Origin: Haliotis rubra
Taxonomy: Eukaryota
Length of the DNA stretch: 64,000 nucleotides
Reading direction: 5' to 3'
NCBI RefSeq assembly: GCF_003918875.1
Contig: NW_025767289.1
Location: 558,001 to 622,000 of the forward strand
Shown one piece after another: positions 41,178 to 54,453 of the stretch (its first letter is position 1; each line of letters starts with the position of its first letter). The notes below the pieces were generated by a model that was not told the DNA's origin, made no database searches, and saw only the letters and a list, made by a program, of their open reading frames with translations. The position numbers and the translations under genes are program-made.

Positions 41178-41820
41178 CACTCTTCAAAAAAGGAAACGCA
41201 CAAGCCATTATTAGAAGAGTTTATTGCGTTAGTTTTAGAGCTACTATTTCATGTAAAATCAATGGTAAAAAGGTGTAAATGTCTATAATCAAAGAGTTCG
41301 CCAACACAACAGTAGCCTTCATTGTTGTGTTTCTGTTTACGTGAGTCCAACAATGGCGTCAAAGTCAGTACTTTGTATGGCCACCACTGACAGCAAGTAC
41401 TGCTCGGCACCGTCTCGGCTCAGGCTGGATACGTCGACGATGTCGCTCTTGTAGAATTCTTCTGGCGGCCCATGGCGATGTTTCGGAAGTTGTGGCGTGA
41501 TGATTTCCTCTTTTCCAGGCAAAAACGAATGACAAAATTAAACGCAACGTTTGCCTTTTTATAGTGATCGATACCGCATGCTTTTCTGCTTACTTGCACG
41601 AGCATTTTGCTTTGCATGTTTTCTTGGTGATGTTTTGGCGAATCAAACGCTTCTAAAGCAAGGAAAAAACCTCAAATTGGCTCGTTTTGGCGCTAAACCT
41701 TTTTACTATGACACAAAGATGACGTCATGGAAAGAAATAGTATATTTGTATTGTTTTTGCCGCCGCCACACGAGTCCAATATTCTCAAAACCACCGATGC
41801 GTTTCATTTTTTGACACATA
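41178..41820 (-). mobile_element. Internally deleted Tc1-like element
   Basis: Inverted ends tcaaaaaaggaaacgca / tgcgtttcattttttga. Retains the Tc1 C-terminus RRCRAVLAVSGGHTKY*. Confidence 0.8.
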
Positions 41821-41857
41821 CATTCTCGGATTAGAAAAACTCGTCGTGTGTTTGGGA

Positions 41858-42166
41858 TACAACCCGTACTTGGTGGTGTGTGAGAGTTATATGATGCCCA
41901 CTACATCCCGTACTTGGTGGTGTGTGAGAGTTATACGATGCCCACTACAACCCGTACTTGGTGGTGTGTGAGAGTTATACGATGCCCACTACAACCCGTA
42001 CTTGGTGGTGTGTGAGAGTTATACGATGCCCACTACAACCCGTACTTGGTGGTGTGTGAGAGTTATACGATGCCCACTACAACCCGTACTTGGTGGTGTG
42101 TGAGAGTTATGCGATGCCCACTACAACCCGTACTTGGTAGTGTGTGAGAGTTATACGATGCCCACT
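41858..42166. repeat. Minisatellite, 44-bp unit, 7 copies
   Basis: tacaacccgtacttggtggtgtgtgagagttatacgatgcccac repeated. Confidence 0.97.
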
Positions 42167-42309
42167 TTGTTTTTGCAGACGAACATCTTTAAAAATACTT
42201 TCACATTTTGGCATGCCGATCAGGTGTTTGTGGTCGTCCGAGGTGCGTGTGGCCTCATAAGACAGAGCGCACATTTCCATCGTCTATCCCTGGCCGGATT
42301 GTGAGAATG

Positions 42310-43520
42310 TGTGGTCACACGTTGACAGGGTTGTTGATGGACTGCTCACGTGTTGACAGGGTTGTTGGTGGACTGCTCACATGGTGACAAGGTTGTTGGT
42401 GGACTGCTCACGTGTTGACAAGGTTGTTGGTGGACTGTTCACGTGTTGACAAGGTTGTTGGTGGACTGGTCACACGTTCACAGGGTTGTAAGACTGGTCA
42501 CGCATTGACAAGATTGTTGAAAGACTGGTCACACGTTGACAGGGTTGTAAGACTGGTCACACGTTCACAGGTTTGTTGTAAGACTGGTCACACAATCACA
42601 GGGTTGTTGTAAGACTGGTCTTATGATGACAGGGTTGTTGTAAGACTGGTCATATGATGACAGGGCTGTAAGACTGGTCACACGTTGACAGGGTTGTAAG
42701 ACTGGTACCACGTTCACAGGGTTGTTGTAAGACTGGTCATTTGATGACACGGTTAGTGTAAGACTGGTCACACGTTGACAGGGTTGTAAGACTGGTCATA
42801 TGATGACAGGGTTGTAAGACTGGTCACACGATGACAGAGTTGTAACACTGGTCACACGTTCACAGGGTTGTAAGACTGGTCATATGATGACAGGGTTGTA
42901 AGACTGGTCATATGATGACAGGGTTGTAAGACTGGTCACACGTTCACAGGGTTGTAAGACTGGTTACACGATGACAGGGTTGTAAGACTGGTCACACGAT
43001 GACAGGGTTGTAAGACTGGTCACACGATGACAGGGTTGTAAGACTGGTCATATGATGACACGGTTAGTGTAAGACTGGTCACACGTTGACAGGGTTGTAA
43101 GACTGGTCATATGATGACACGGTTAGTGTAAGACTGGTCACACGATGACAGGGTTGTAAGACTGGTCACACGATGACAGGGTTGTAAGACTGGCCACACG
43201 ATGACAGGGTTGTAAGACTGGTCACACGATGACAGGGTTGTAAGACTGGTCACACGTTCACAGGGTTGTAAGACTGGTCACACGTTCACAGGGTTGTAAG
43301 ACTGGTCACACGATGACAGGGTTGTAAGACTAGTCATATGATGACAGGGTTGTTGTAAGACTGGTCACACGTTCACAGGGTTGTAAGACTGGTCACACGT
43401 TCACAGGGTTGTAAGACTGGTCACACGATGAAAGGGTTGTAAGACTGGTCATATGATGACAGGGTAGTAAGACTGGTCACACGATGACAGGGTTGTAAGA
43501 CTGGTCACGCGTTGGCAGGG
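42310..43520. repeat. Minisatellite, 28/31-bp units, about 40 copies
   Basis: gacagggttgtaagactggtcacacgat and variants. Confidence 0.96.
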
Positions 43521-43530
43521 GTACAAGGAC

Positions 43531-45330
43531 AGCAAGACGTATAAACATGATGTATTATGTATATGATCTGTGGTGTTGTAGGACCGCTCACGCAAGACGT
43601 ATGAACATGATGTATTGTGTATATGATGTGTGGTGTTGTAGGACCTGTCACGCAAGACGTATAAACATGATGTATTGTGTATATGATCTGTGGTACTGTA
43701 GGACCGGTCACGAAAGGCGTATAAACATGATGTATTGTGTATATGATCTGCGGTGTTGTAGGACCGCTCACGCAAGACGTATAAACATGATGTATTGTGT
43801 ATATGATCTTTGGTACTGTAGGACCGCTCACGCAAGACGTATGAACATGATGTATTGTGTATATGATCTGTGATGTTGTAGGACCGGCCACGAAAGGCGT
43901 AAAAACATGATGTATTGTGTATATGATCTGTGGTGTTGTAGGACCGGTCACGCAAGATGTATAAACATGAAGTATTGTGTATATGATCTGTGATGTTGTA
44001 GGACCGGCCACGAAAGGCGTAAAAACATGATGTATTGTGTATATGATCTGTGGTGTTGTAGGACCGGCCACGAAAGGCGTAAAAACATGATGTATTGTGT
44101 ATATAATCTGTGGTGTTGTAGGACCGCTCACGCAAGACGTATAAACATGAAGTATTGAGTATATGATCTGTGGTGTTGTAGGACCGCTCACGCAAGACGT
44201 ATAAACATGATGTATTGTGTATATGATCTGTGATGTTGTAGGACCGGCCACGAAAGGCGTAAAAACATGATGTATTGTGTATATGATCTGTGGTGTTGTA
44301 GGACCGGTCACGCAAGATGTATAAACATGATGTATTGTGTATATGATCTGTGGTGTTGTAGGACCGCTCACGCAAGACGTATGAACATGATGTACTGTGT
44401 ATATGATCTGTGGTGTTGTAGGACCGGCCACGAAAGGCGTAAAAACATGATGTATTGTGTATATGATCTGTGGTACTGTAGGACCGCTCACGCAAGACGT
44501 ATAAACATGATGTATTGTGTATATGATCTGTGATGTTGTAGGACCGGCCACGAAAGGCGTAAAAACATGATGTATTGTGTATATGATCTGTGATGTTGTA
44601 GGACCGGCCACGAAAGGCGTAAAAACATGATGTATTGTGTATATGATCTGTGGTACTGTAGGACCGGCCACGAAAGGCGTAAAAACATGATGTATTGTGT
44701 ATATGATCTGTGGTGTTGTAGGACCGCTCACGCAAGACGTATGAACATGATGTATTGTGTATATGATCTGTGGTGTTGTAGGACCGGTCACGCAAGACGT
44801 ATAAACATGAAGTATTGAGTATATGATCTGTGGTGTTGTAGGACCGGTCACGCAAGACGTATAAACATGATGTATTGTGTATATGATCTGTGGTGTTGTA
44901 GGACTAGTCACGCAAGATGTATAAACATGATGTATTGAGTATATGATCTGTGGTGTTGTAGGACTAGTCACGCAAGATGTATAAACATGATGTATTGAGT
45001 ATATGATCTGTGGTGTTGTAGGACCGGTCACGCAAGACGTATAAACATGATGTATTGTGTATATGATCTGTGGTGTTGTAGGACTAGTCACGCAAGACGT
45101 ATAAACATGATGTATTGAGTATATGATCTGTGGTGTTGTAGGACCGGTCACGCAAGATGTATAAACATGAAGTATTGAGTATATGATCTGTGGTGTTGTA
45201 GGACTAGTCACGCAAGACGTATAAACATGATGTATTGAGTATATGATCTGTGGTGTTGTAGGACTAGTCACGCAAGAAGTATAAACATGATGTATTGAGT
45301 ATATGATCTGTGGTGTTGTAGGACCTGTCA
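43531..45330. repeat. Minisatellite, 60-bp unit, about 30 copies
   Basis: atatgatctgtggtgttgtaggaccggtcacgcaagacgtataaacatgatgtattgtgt repeated in exact register. Confidence 0.99.
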
Positions 45331-45558
45331 CACTGAACCTGAACCTTGTGCATACAAAGTTAGGAGATTCCTTCAACAACTGGGTGCTGGTTATTTAGTC
45401 GTGTACATCGACAGGCGCATAAACTCCACATCACCACAAAGCACGCTCATTCTGTTCTGTGTGACAAACGTCGTATCAAGCTGCCCACAGTAAAAGATTT
45501 GAGTTTGTAATACAAACCGAGCACAAGTTGGACACTTTACTGTCTACTTTAGATTACG

Positions 45559-45784
45559 TTAACGGCACCCTCAGCAATATTTCAGCTTTATGGCGGCGGT
45601 CTATAAATAATTGAGTCTGGACCAGACAATCCAGTGATCATCAACATGAGCATCGATCTACGCAAGTTGGATATGATGACATGTGTCAACCCAGTCAGCG
45701 AGCCTGACCACCCGATCCCGTTAGTCGCCTCTTACGACAAGCATGGGTTGCTGAAGATCAATTCTAACCCGGATCTTCACGGGT
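45559..45784 (-). mobile_element. SINE family A
   Basis: Reverse-complement homolog of 28576-28823. Confidence 0.92.
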
Positions 45785-46242
45785 TTATTGTTTGGAGCTG
45801 AAGGAGTAATCCACTCCAGGATATTGACAAACTGTTGATTTGTTGTTCAGATGTATTTAATTGTTTAGAGTGCATGGTATGAGGTTATCAACACTATTTG
45901 TCTATGACCTGTACATTTCCACTTCACTTCCTTCATCTACACAATTGGACATGCATGTCATATTTAGTTTGACAAGTTTGTTCTAAACTGTATTGATAAT
46001 AGTATTACTTACCATAGCAATTTCGGGAACTGTAAAATTATGTAACTTTTTGGGAGACACGTCATATAAGATATGTAAGCGTGATGTAATATATAATTGA
46101 TGGAGTTATGCGCCCCTGACGAGAAGCTGAGAAAATTCGCTGTGAAGAAAAAAAGCCTGGTAATGTAATATTTTCACTACCAACACACACATAAACTGCC
46201 AGAGATATCAAGTAAGCGTCCTAGCGTAGAGGATCATTCATT

Positions 46243-49200
46243 ATGATTGATATTTCGCTCTACAGAGCGAGGATTGGACGTTTCAAGCACCCGAGAGGTA
46301 CGCGGCAGGTAGACCAGGTTCACTACAGGTACACGCCATACACTGACAGCTCGGACATGCCCTATCGACTCACCATATGCTCGTTAGTGATATCGATATA
46401 TCTGATTCTCTCCTTCTCACTGATCGGGTACGGAGAACAGCTTGATACTTTACCCTTGATCTCATCCATGTTGTCAACTGATCAATGGTTACACCTGTGT
46501 GATAGTTGTGACGTCACAAGCTCAACCATCTTGTTTGAACTACGACCTATCATGTTGGGTTCTGCACTCCTACCATCAACTATACACCTAGCAGACGATG
46601 TAGAACTAAACCCAGGGCCTATGAGTAGAGAACTGGAGGAAATACAAAGCAATATTTTCAAACAGATTCAGGATTCAGATGATAGAGTTTGTGGAGAAAT
46701 CAACTCAGTCAAAGAGGACATAAAATCTCTTACGTCTGACATCACCTAAGGACTGACATTGACAACACTAAACAAGAACAGGATATAGTTAGACTGGATA
46801 TAGATGCTCTGAATGACAGGGTCATAGATACAGACAACTACCTATGTGAGTTAAAGAAAGGATTGAGGACCAGGAACAGAGGAGTAGAAGAAATAATATG
46901 GTGTTGTATGGCATACCAGAGACTTCAGCTAAAGAGACTAATACTGAGATCAAGGCCAAGGTTCTGGAGGTACTTAACACTGCTAGAGGGGTCAAGAAGT
47001 TACCACCACTAACACCAAGAGACATATAGAGGGCACACAGGATATCTACCCGGAAATCAGATTCTAATAGGCCTGTTATTGTGAGAATGTTGCATTGGGA
47101 GGACAAGTGACAGACTTTGTTGAAGATGATTTACTTGAACAAGTAGAAAATAAAAAAATTCCACTATTATATTCTATATGTGACAATTTTAATCTACGAC
47201 GTTACTCTACCGATAAGATAATAAACAACTTTGGTAGATATTGCCTTGACCTCTGCGCTGTACTTAACATTCACATAATGAACGGGCGATGTGATTCCGA
47301 CTCTAAGATTGGAGATTTTACTTACATTGGTATTAACGGTGCAAGGGTGGTAGACTATATCATCTCCTCTGCGTCTCTGTTTGATTATGTAACTGACTTT
47401 GCGATACCATCTCGAACTGAGTCAGCACATCTCCCGGTCACTATGAAATTAAGTGCGCTTCATGTTAGAGAATCATGTACATGTACACATAACAACAAAT
47501 ATAATAATGATTTTAAATTTGTTTGGGATCATGACAAACTTGAATATTTTAGATTAAAGATTTTATCAGATTCTGTGCAAGATCTCTTAGACAAATCAGT
47601 CGATAGTGCGTTTACATGTATTGATACCAGCATTGACTTTATTGTAGACGCCCTTTGTCTAGCAGCATCAGATATGAAAAGAAAGTGTGGAAATATGAAA
47701 AATAATTTTAATGATTGGTATGATGATGAATGTAGAAAACTTAAAACTGAACGCTGCAAATCACTGAACGTAAAGATAGATCATCATTGGAACAATATAA
47801 TCTATCAAGAAATAAATATAATGCTTTGTGTAAGCAGAAACGCACTGCATATTATAAAGAGAAACAGAATAAAATAGAAAATAACATTAATGACTCCTAA
47901 AGATTTTGGTACGAATTGACATATTTAAATAGAAAGAGAGTTCCAAAAAGCAATATCCAAACACAAGAGTGGTTTCACCACTTTAGAACATTGTTTTCTG
48001 GTGCAAATGTAGATATTGAGAGAAATACTGAAAGTGATTACCATGACTCTTTGTTACTTAATGACCCAAACAGTGACCTTACAAAAGAAATTCTTGACTC
48101 TCCAATATTCAGAGAAGAGAACAAATCCCCAGGAATAGATGATTTAATTCCAGATTTTTTCGAGTACTCTGCTGACCTTCTACTACCTTATCTTGAGTTA
48201 GTTTTCAATCTGATAATAAAAAGAGGGACATTCCCTACCTCCTGGTCTTTTTGGATAATAGTTCTTTTACACAAGCAAGGTAATTTGAACAATGTTGACA
48301 ACTACAAGGGAATCACACTCTTAAGCATATTTAGTCAAGTTTTCACCTCAATCATCAACCAAAGATTATTTTGGGGGGGAGAAACAATGAATAAATTAAA
48401 TGGATCTCAGGCTGGATTTAGACAGGGATATACAACAATTGATAACATGTTTATATTACAGAGTGTGATACAAAGGTATTTAAATACTCAAAATGGCAGG
48501 TTGTATGCATTGTTGGTTGACTTTTCAAAAGCTTTTGATTCTGTGCAAAGACATAAGCTGTGGGGACTCAGCCTCCAAATGACCAATCTATTACGTAACA
48601 TGTATGAGAATGTTAAAGCTTGTGTCAGGAATAACACTGTACTCTCTGAAACTTTTGATGTACTTATTGGAGTAAGGCAAGGTTGTGTATTCAGTACTTT
48701 TTTGTTTTCCTTCTTCATAAATGAACTAGCAGTACAGATTGAAAATAATTGCTCACATAGTATACAGTTGCATCCCGATATGTTTCATCTTTTCCTTTAA
48801 TTATTTGCAGATGATATTGTTCTCATCTCGAGTACTATCATTGGCCTACAGAAGCAAATTAACGAACTAGAAAACTACTGTAAAACATCATGCCTAAATG
48901 TAAATATGGATAAACCGAAAGTAGTTGTTTTTAAAAAAGGAGGGAAATTATCAAAAAGGGAAAAATGGTTTTATAAAGGCAGTACTATAGAGACTACCAC
49001 TCCATATAAATACCTTGGTGTATACTTCACTAATCATCTTTCATGGCTGGTACATGCAAAATATGCATCTATTCAAGCACGAAAGGTATTGATAGGTATA
49101 TTATATTGAGAAATATAAAAAATATTTGGGGATTTAAATTGAACATCCATTATTAGAATATTTGATGTTAAACTTGAACCAATTCTACTGTATGGTGCGG

Positions 49201-49980
49201 AAATATGGGGATTTAAATACTTTGATTCCATAGAAAAGGTACATTTATTTGCTTGCAAGAAATTTCTCGGGGTAAAGATGACCACATCAAATGTTACGGT
49301 ATATGTGGCATATACCCGCTCATCATATCTTCACAATCATGGCTATTAAATATTGGATAAAGTTATTAAGTATGCCATTCTACCGTTTACCAAAATAATG
49401 CTACAATATGATGTAACTATATGACAAAGAAGGTAAAAAGAATTGGACAACACTTGTTAAACACCTACTATTTTCTACAGGATTTATGGTATGAACAAAA
49501 CGTTGAATGTTCGTCATTGTTTCTAAATGCATTCACGCAAAGATTAAAAGATATTTACCAGCAGAAATGGTTGGAAACAATTTAACTAGCTACAAAATGT
49601 AATTATTATTCAATCTTTAAAACACACATTTATACTGAACGGTATTTATCATGTGTTAATGTTAAGAAATATGGAATAGCTTTAGCTCGTTTCCGTTGTT
49701 CATCTCATGATTTATTGATTGAAAGAGGTAGGTTAATGAATATCAAAAGAGAGGATAGAATATGCAGATGTTGTAATAATAATCTTATAGAAGACGAATA
49801 TCATTTTCTTCTACTATGGCCAGCATATAATACTACGTAAAAATATATTAAAGAACTCTATTTTGCCCATCCATCAATTGATAAATTTTCGTCTCTATTG
49901 AATTCTTCAAGTGACAGTGTAATTAAAAATGTTGTGGGTTTCATTTATTAAGCCATGTCGATAAGAAATTTGACGTCTTC
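46243..49980 (+). mobile_element. Near-complete but decayed CR1/L2-group LINE (ORF1 with 2A-like motif; APE-RT ORF2 with internal deletion)
   Basis: ORF1: YRARIGRF, DVELNPGP, EQRSRRNNMVLYGIPE, HRI...RPVIVRM. ORF2: NNFGRYCLDLC...IMNGR, VVDY, SAHLPV, KSPGID, NYKGITLLS, QAGFR, DFSKAFD, GVRQGC, LFADD, YKYLG, RCSSHDLLIERGR, EDEYHFLL. Confidence 0.93.
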
Positions 49981-51165
49981 CAGTAGATGGACTCTGTGCC
50001 CGGGTACGTTCTGCTACAACGTCGCTATACAAACACAGACGTGGTGATTGAGGTCAATTATATCAGTAAATCTTTATTTCAGTACTGAGGAGGCCACAGG
50101 CCTATAGTACATTTCATATATACAAATTTGCGGCCCCGACGTTAACCTCACGTTTAACGTGTAAATACGTAGTTCTCTCTATAGTCACAAACTATAAGGA
50201 TGATCATTGTAATACAACAACTTACTTGCCGGTCTCCGCCATACGTAAACATTCCGCTGAGTGAATGCCGTTTATCAGCGCCTGTTCACGGTTGCTACTC
50301 TGTTAAATGTATGAATACTGTAAAGACGTTCTCTGGACAGAACCAATAGACAGGGTGACTGTCCACCATGGGCTACCTGGTATAGTGAGAAACACCAGGA
50401 AGAAATACCCACGCCACTAGGCCACTCACTCGAATACAGCATGGATTTCGTCAGTAGTCCCGATGACTACAGGCAGATCCTTGTATTGATTGACAACTAC
50501 TTTCTCTAAGTTGCATGTGGAATACCAGATTTGTATCAGGCACACTTAACATTTATTTTGCACACATCTTTGACTTTTGATAACCGTGACGATGTTACTG
50601 TGTCTCAAACTTAATATCTTTGAGGTACATGTTGCAGTAATATTGTGACACGTCCTGATAAATGTTGACCAATTATTCCTGGTTGTAAACCATGTCTCTC
50701 TGTGTAAAGCTAAACAATCTGAGTCCAGTCAACAGACTCCAAGCTGAAAAATGGTTTGTGCCCGCCTGACACTGTGAGCATGTATATCTGGTACGGCTGT
50801 CCTCTGCTGTTATTGATTCAGAGTCTATCAACGTTTCATTTTGTTTGTACACGGTGACTAACTGACTTCAATAGACGGGACGTTATCTTGAAAACCTAAA
50901 TGAATATCAATATATAATGTTATGGGTTGCGTTCTTGTATGTGTGCGACAGGTATCATAACGAAAGGGAGACTTGTATATGTATGTATAACCTATGACAT
51001 ACATGGGCTCTCAGAGGTGCAATGGGAACAACCAAGCGCACACTTTCACCTGCCCTAGACTGTACTGCTAATGCAGTAGACCTAACGCTCCACTGGCTAC
51101 ACAACTGACCGATGATAGGTGTGTATCCCTTTCCTATTCCCTCCAACTATCCTGATATCCCACCA

Positions 51166-51822
51166 CATGGCAACAGTTACCACACAACCGCCCGACACAA
51201 ATGGTAACAGTTACCACACAACCGCCCATATACACATGGCAACAGTTACCACACAACCGCCCATATACACATGGCAACAGTCACCACACAACCACCCGAC
51301 ACACATGGCAACAGTCACCACACAACCGCCTGACACACATGGCAACAGTCACCACACAACCACCCGACACACATGGCAACAGTTACCACACAACCGCCCG
51401 AGACACATGGCAACAGTTACCACACAACAGCCAGACACACAGGGCAACAGTTACCACACAACCGCCCGACACACATGGCAACAGTTACCACACAACCGCC
51501 CGAGACACAGGGCAACAGTTACCACACAACAGCCAGACACACAGGGCAACAGTTACCACACAACCGCCCGACACAAATGGTAACAGTTACCACACAACCG
51601 CCCGACACAAATGGTAACAGTTACCACACAACCGCCCATATACACATGGCAACAGTTACCACACAACCGCCTGACACACATGGCAACAGTTACCACACAA
51701 CCGCCCGACACAAATGGTAACAGTTACCACACAACCGCCCATATACACATGGCAACAGTTACCACACAACCGCCTGACACACATGGCAACAGTTACCACA
51801 CAACCGCCCGACACACATGGCA
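51166..51822. repeat. Minisatellite, 34-bp unit, about 19 copies
   Basis: catggcaacagttaccacacaaccgcccgacaca repeated. Confidence 0.97.
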
Positions 51823-52357
51823 ACACGTACAGTCTCCATACAACCGCCCAGACACACACCAGTACACAAAGCGATACACACGGCATAATATAAACCAGGG
51901 AACCGTAACAATTAGCTATGCAATTTCAGATTTGCTGAATAAATACACATTCTTCATGAATACAGTTTAATGTAACAAAAAGTGGAATATTCGACCTCAT
52001 TTTTGCCCTTTAGTGATTGGCATACAGTGGGGTTGTGCTTTCCCGTGCGATCGGCCATGTACACCGACTTACATCAGCTGCTGTTTGGGTGGCTTTCTCA
52101 CGTACGCTGTGGGCACCCGTCCACCAACTGGGTAGCAATCGGTATGATTTAAATGAATGGACCCATATTTTTAGAGTCTTAAGAAAATAATTTAGTGTAG
52201 AAACGCAGCCCCCATAGATAACATTTCTAACCATGCTTTAACCTCTGCTTTAGGGACAATGGGAATATCTGTACAAACACAAAAATATAGGGTTAGTCGT
52301 TACCAGCTGTATATCATATATAAAGTTAGTCGTTACCAGCTGTACATCATATATAAG

Positions 52358-52480
52358 GGAATGACATGCTTGAAAACGGTCTAAGTATCTATACCGAAAC
52401 GTCGCTATTGCACAATAAAGAAGCTGATTAGCCATAAAGACTTGTCATTCCTATTACAACTTCTAGAATGCCTCTCAAAC
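52358..52480 (+). mobile_element. Penelope-like terminal repeat fragment with minimal hammerhead-like motif
   Basis: CTTGAAAA-cggt...ataccGAAACGTC followed by AATAAA, enclosed by ggaatgaca/tgtcattcc. Confidence 0.55.
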
Positions 52481-52708
52481 AGTGCATCATATATAAAGTT
52501 AATCGTTAGCAGGTGTGCAGCATACATGTATATGGTAAGTCATGAACAACTTCGCATAATGTACACATACATAACATCCTCAGGAACACTGTGTATTACC
52601 TCATCGTCAGCAACACATAGGAGACACCACCGCCAGTATCCCATATATAGCACAGCCCTCAGTCATGCAGTGTTAGATGTGCATTGCAACAAACCAAACA
52701 GTGTGAAA

Positions 52709-53010
52709 GAGTGAGTGAGTGAGTTTAGTTTGACGCCGCACTTAGCAATATTCCAGCTATATGGCGGCGGTCTGTAAATAAGTTTGGACCAGACAATCCA
52801 GTGACCAACAGCATGAGGCCGGCGGTCTGTACATAATCGAGTCTAGACAAGACAATCCTGTGATCAACAGCATGAGCATCGATCTACACAATTGGGAACC
52901 GATGACATGTCAACCAAGTCAGCGAGCCTGACCACCCGATCCCGTTAGTCGCCTCTTAAGACAAGCATGGGTTAATGAAGGCCAATATTTTAACCCGGAC
53001 CTTCACGGGT
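52709..53010 (-). mobile_element. SINE family A with an internal duplication
   Basis: Homolog of the other copies. The segment ggcggtctgt...acagcatgag is duplicated. Confidence 0.92.
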
Positions 53011-54453
53011 AACAAACTGAAAGATATCGCAATAATGACAACAATACATATTATAGGAGTGCCCATGTCATACCATGTTGACTAAATGTTGGTATATCCC
53101 GAGCACGAGAGTGTCGTAAACATAGTACGATATGGACACGAATATAATATTCTGTTTATTACCGAAGTCGTCAAATTGAGGAAAATATACCCAAATCTAC
53201 TTTCATAAATCTACTTTCAAAGTTTCCGTAAAACACGCACACACACGCGCGCGCGCACACACACACACACTTCAGATTTCTTTGACGTGGACCACATTGC
53301 AGATTGTTGTAACATCACTTCAGACCAGCACCGTGCAATATTAATCAGCAAAATAGTTGTATTGTCCTCATTTTGTGTGAGGGGTACACTACACAATTTT
53401 CCATAGTATTGAAAATATGGGACCCTTCACAAACACCAAATGCAAAGTGTATCAAATGAATTAAAATAACCCAGCCGTGTGACCAAGGAATTTAACAGAA
53501 CATTAATCTTGAGGACTGGTGGAAATATGTTGCATTTTTAATGCACCGCTTTGTTTTATTTTTGTGGACTGACTCCTCCGAGTGAGGAAGAAATTCAAAC
53601 TGTTTCCTGAGTATCTTATGCCTGTTTCGGTTACTTTTGTCATCTGTGATGCGAAAGCGTCAAGTACAGTGGAAAGGTGGTTTCTTGTGATTGAATCCAG
53701 CCTCGAGTACGGTACAAGTTACCCACAGCAATGTGTTCCTCCGTGTTTTGTACGCCAGCAATATCACATGTTTAATCCTTATCTGAATAGTACTTGCAGC
53801 TTATGATTACCATCACCTGTGTAGACCTGGCCGCTTGAAACAGAATCGCGAAATATACCCACGATTCGTTAACGAAGTGACGATGTTTATCGTCATCAAA
53901 TTTCATTATTCTTGAGAAACCCACTTTTTGTTTGTTTTTACGTGATACTTTCACTTTATTAACATAACACACGTGCAGCTGCTAATTAATCATGGCGAAT
54001 TTTCGTGATTCTATTTAAAGTTGCTAGGTTAGTTGGTTTGTTAACGCCGCACTCGGCATATATTCAAACTATATGGCGACGGTGAGTGAGTGAGTGAGTG
54101 AGTTCACGGACAGTCGGATCTCTTATTTCGACTCAACCCTACCTGGCATTTGTATCCCAAGAAATCAAGCAAAACAAAACCCTATAAACTGCAGAATACC
54201 TTATTCAACATACGTGAAATTGCGCCAGTACATTTCAGACAGTAAAGCGAGGCACACAATTTTATGTTCGTATAACTTTAATAGAACATGTTAAAACGTT
54301 GTAAGAGAATAAGGTTTGCATGGCGCGGCAATGTCACAGGCGAACAGTTATTTATTTACAATACAATATATACATGTACAATAGACACTGACTGGGACAT
54401 GGATTTAGCACGTGATACAGCAGGCCCTAGTTTGACGTAAGTACTGATCAGCT

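Noticed and set aside
43449-45379. 468-aa and 624-aa His/Thr-rich ORFs
   Set aside because: By-product of a 60-bp unit that is stop-free in two overlapping frames.
51166-51822. RFX X-box cluster (CATGGCAAC in every unit)
   Set aside because: Only half-sites in the wrong arrangement, with no adjacent promoter evidence.
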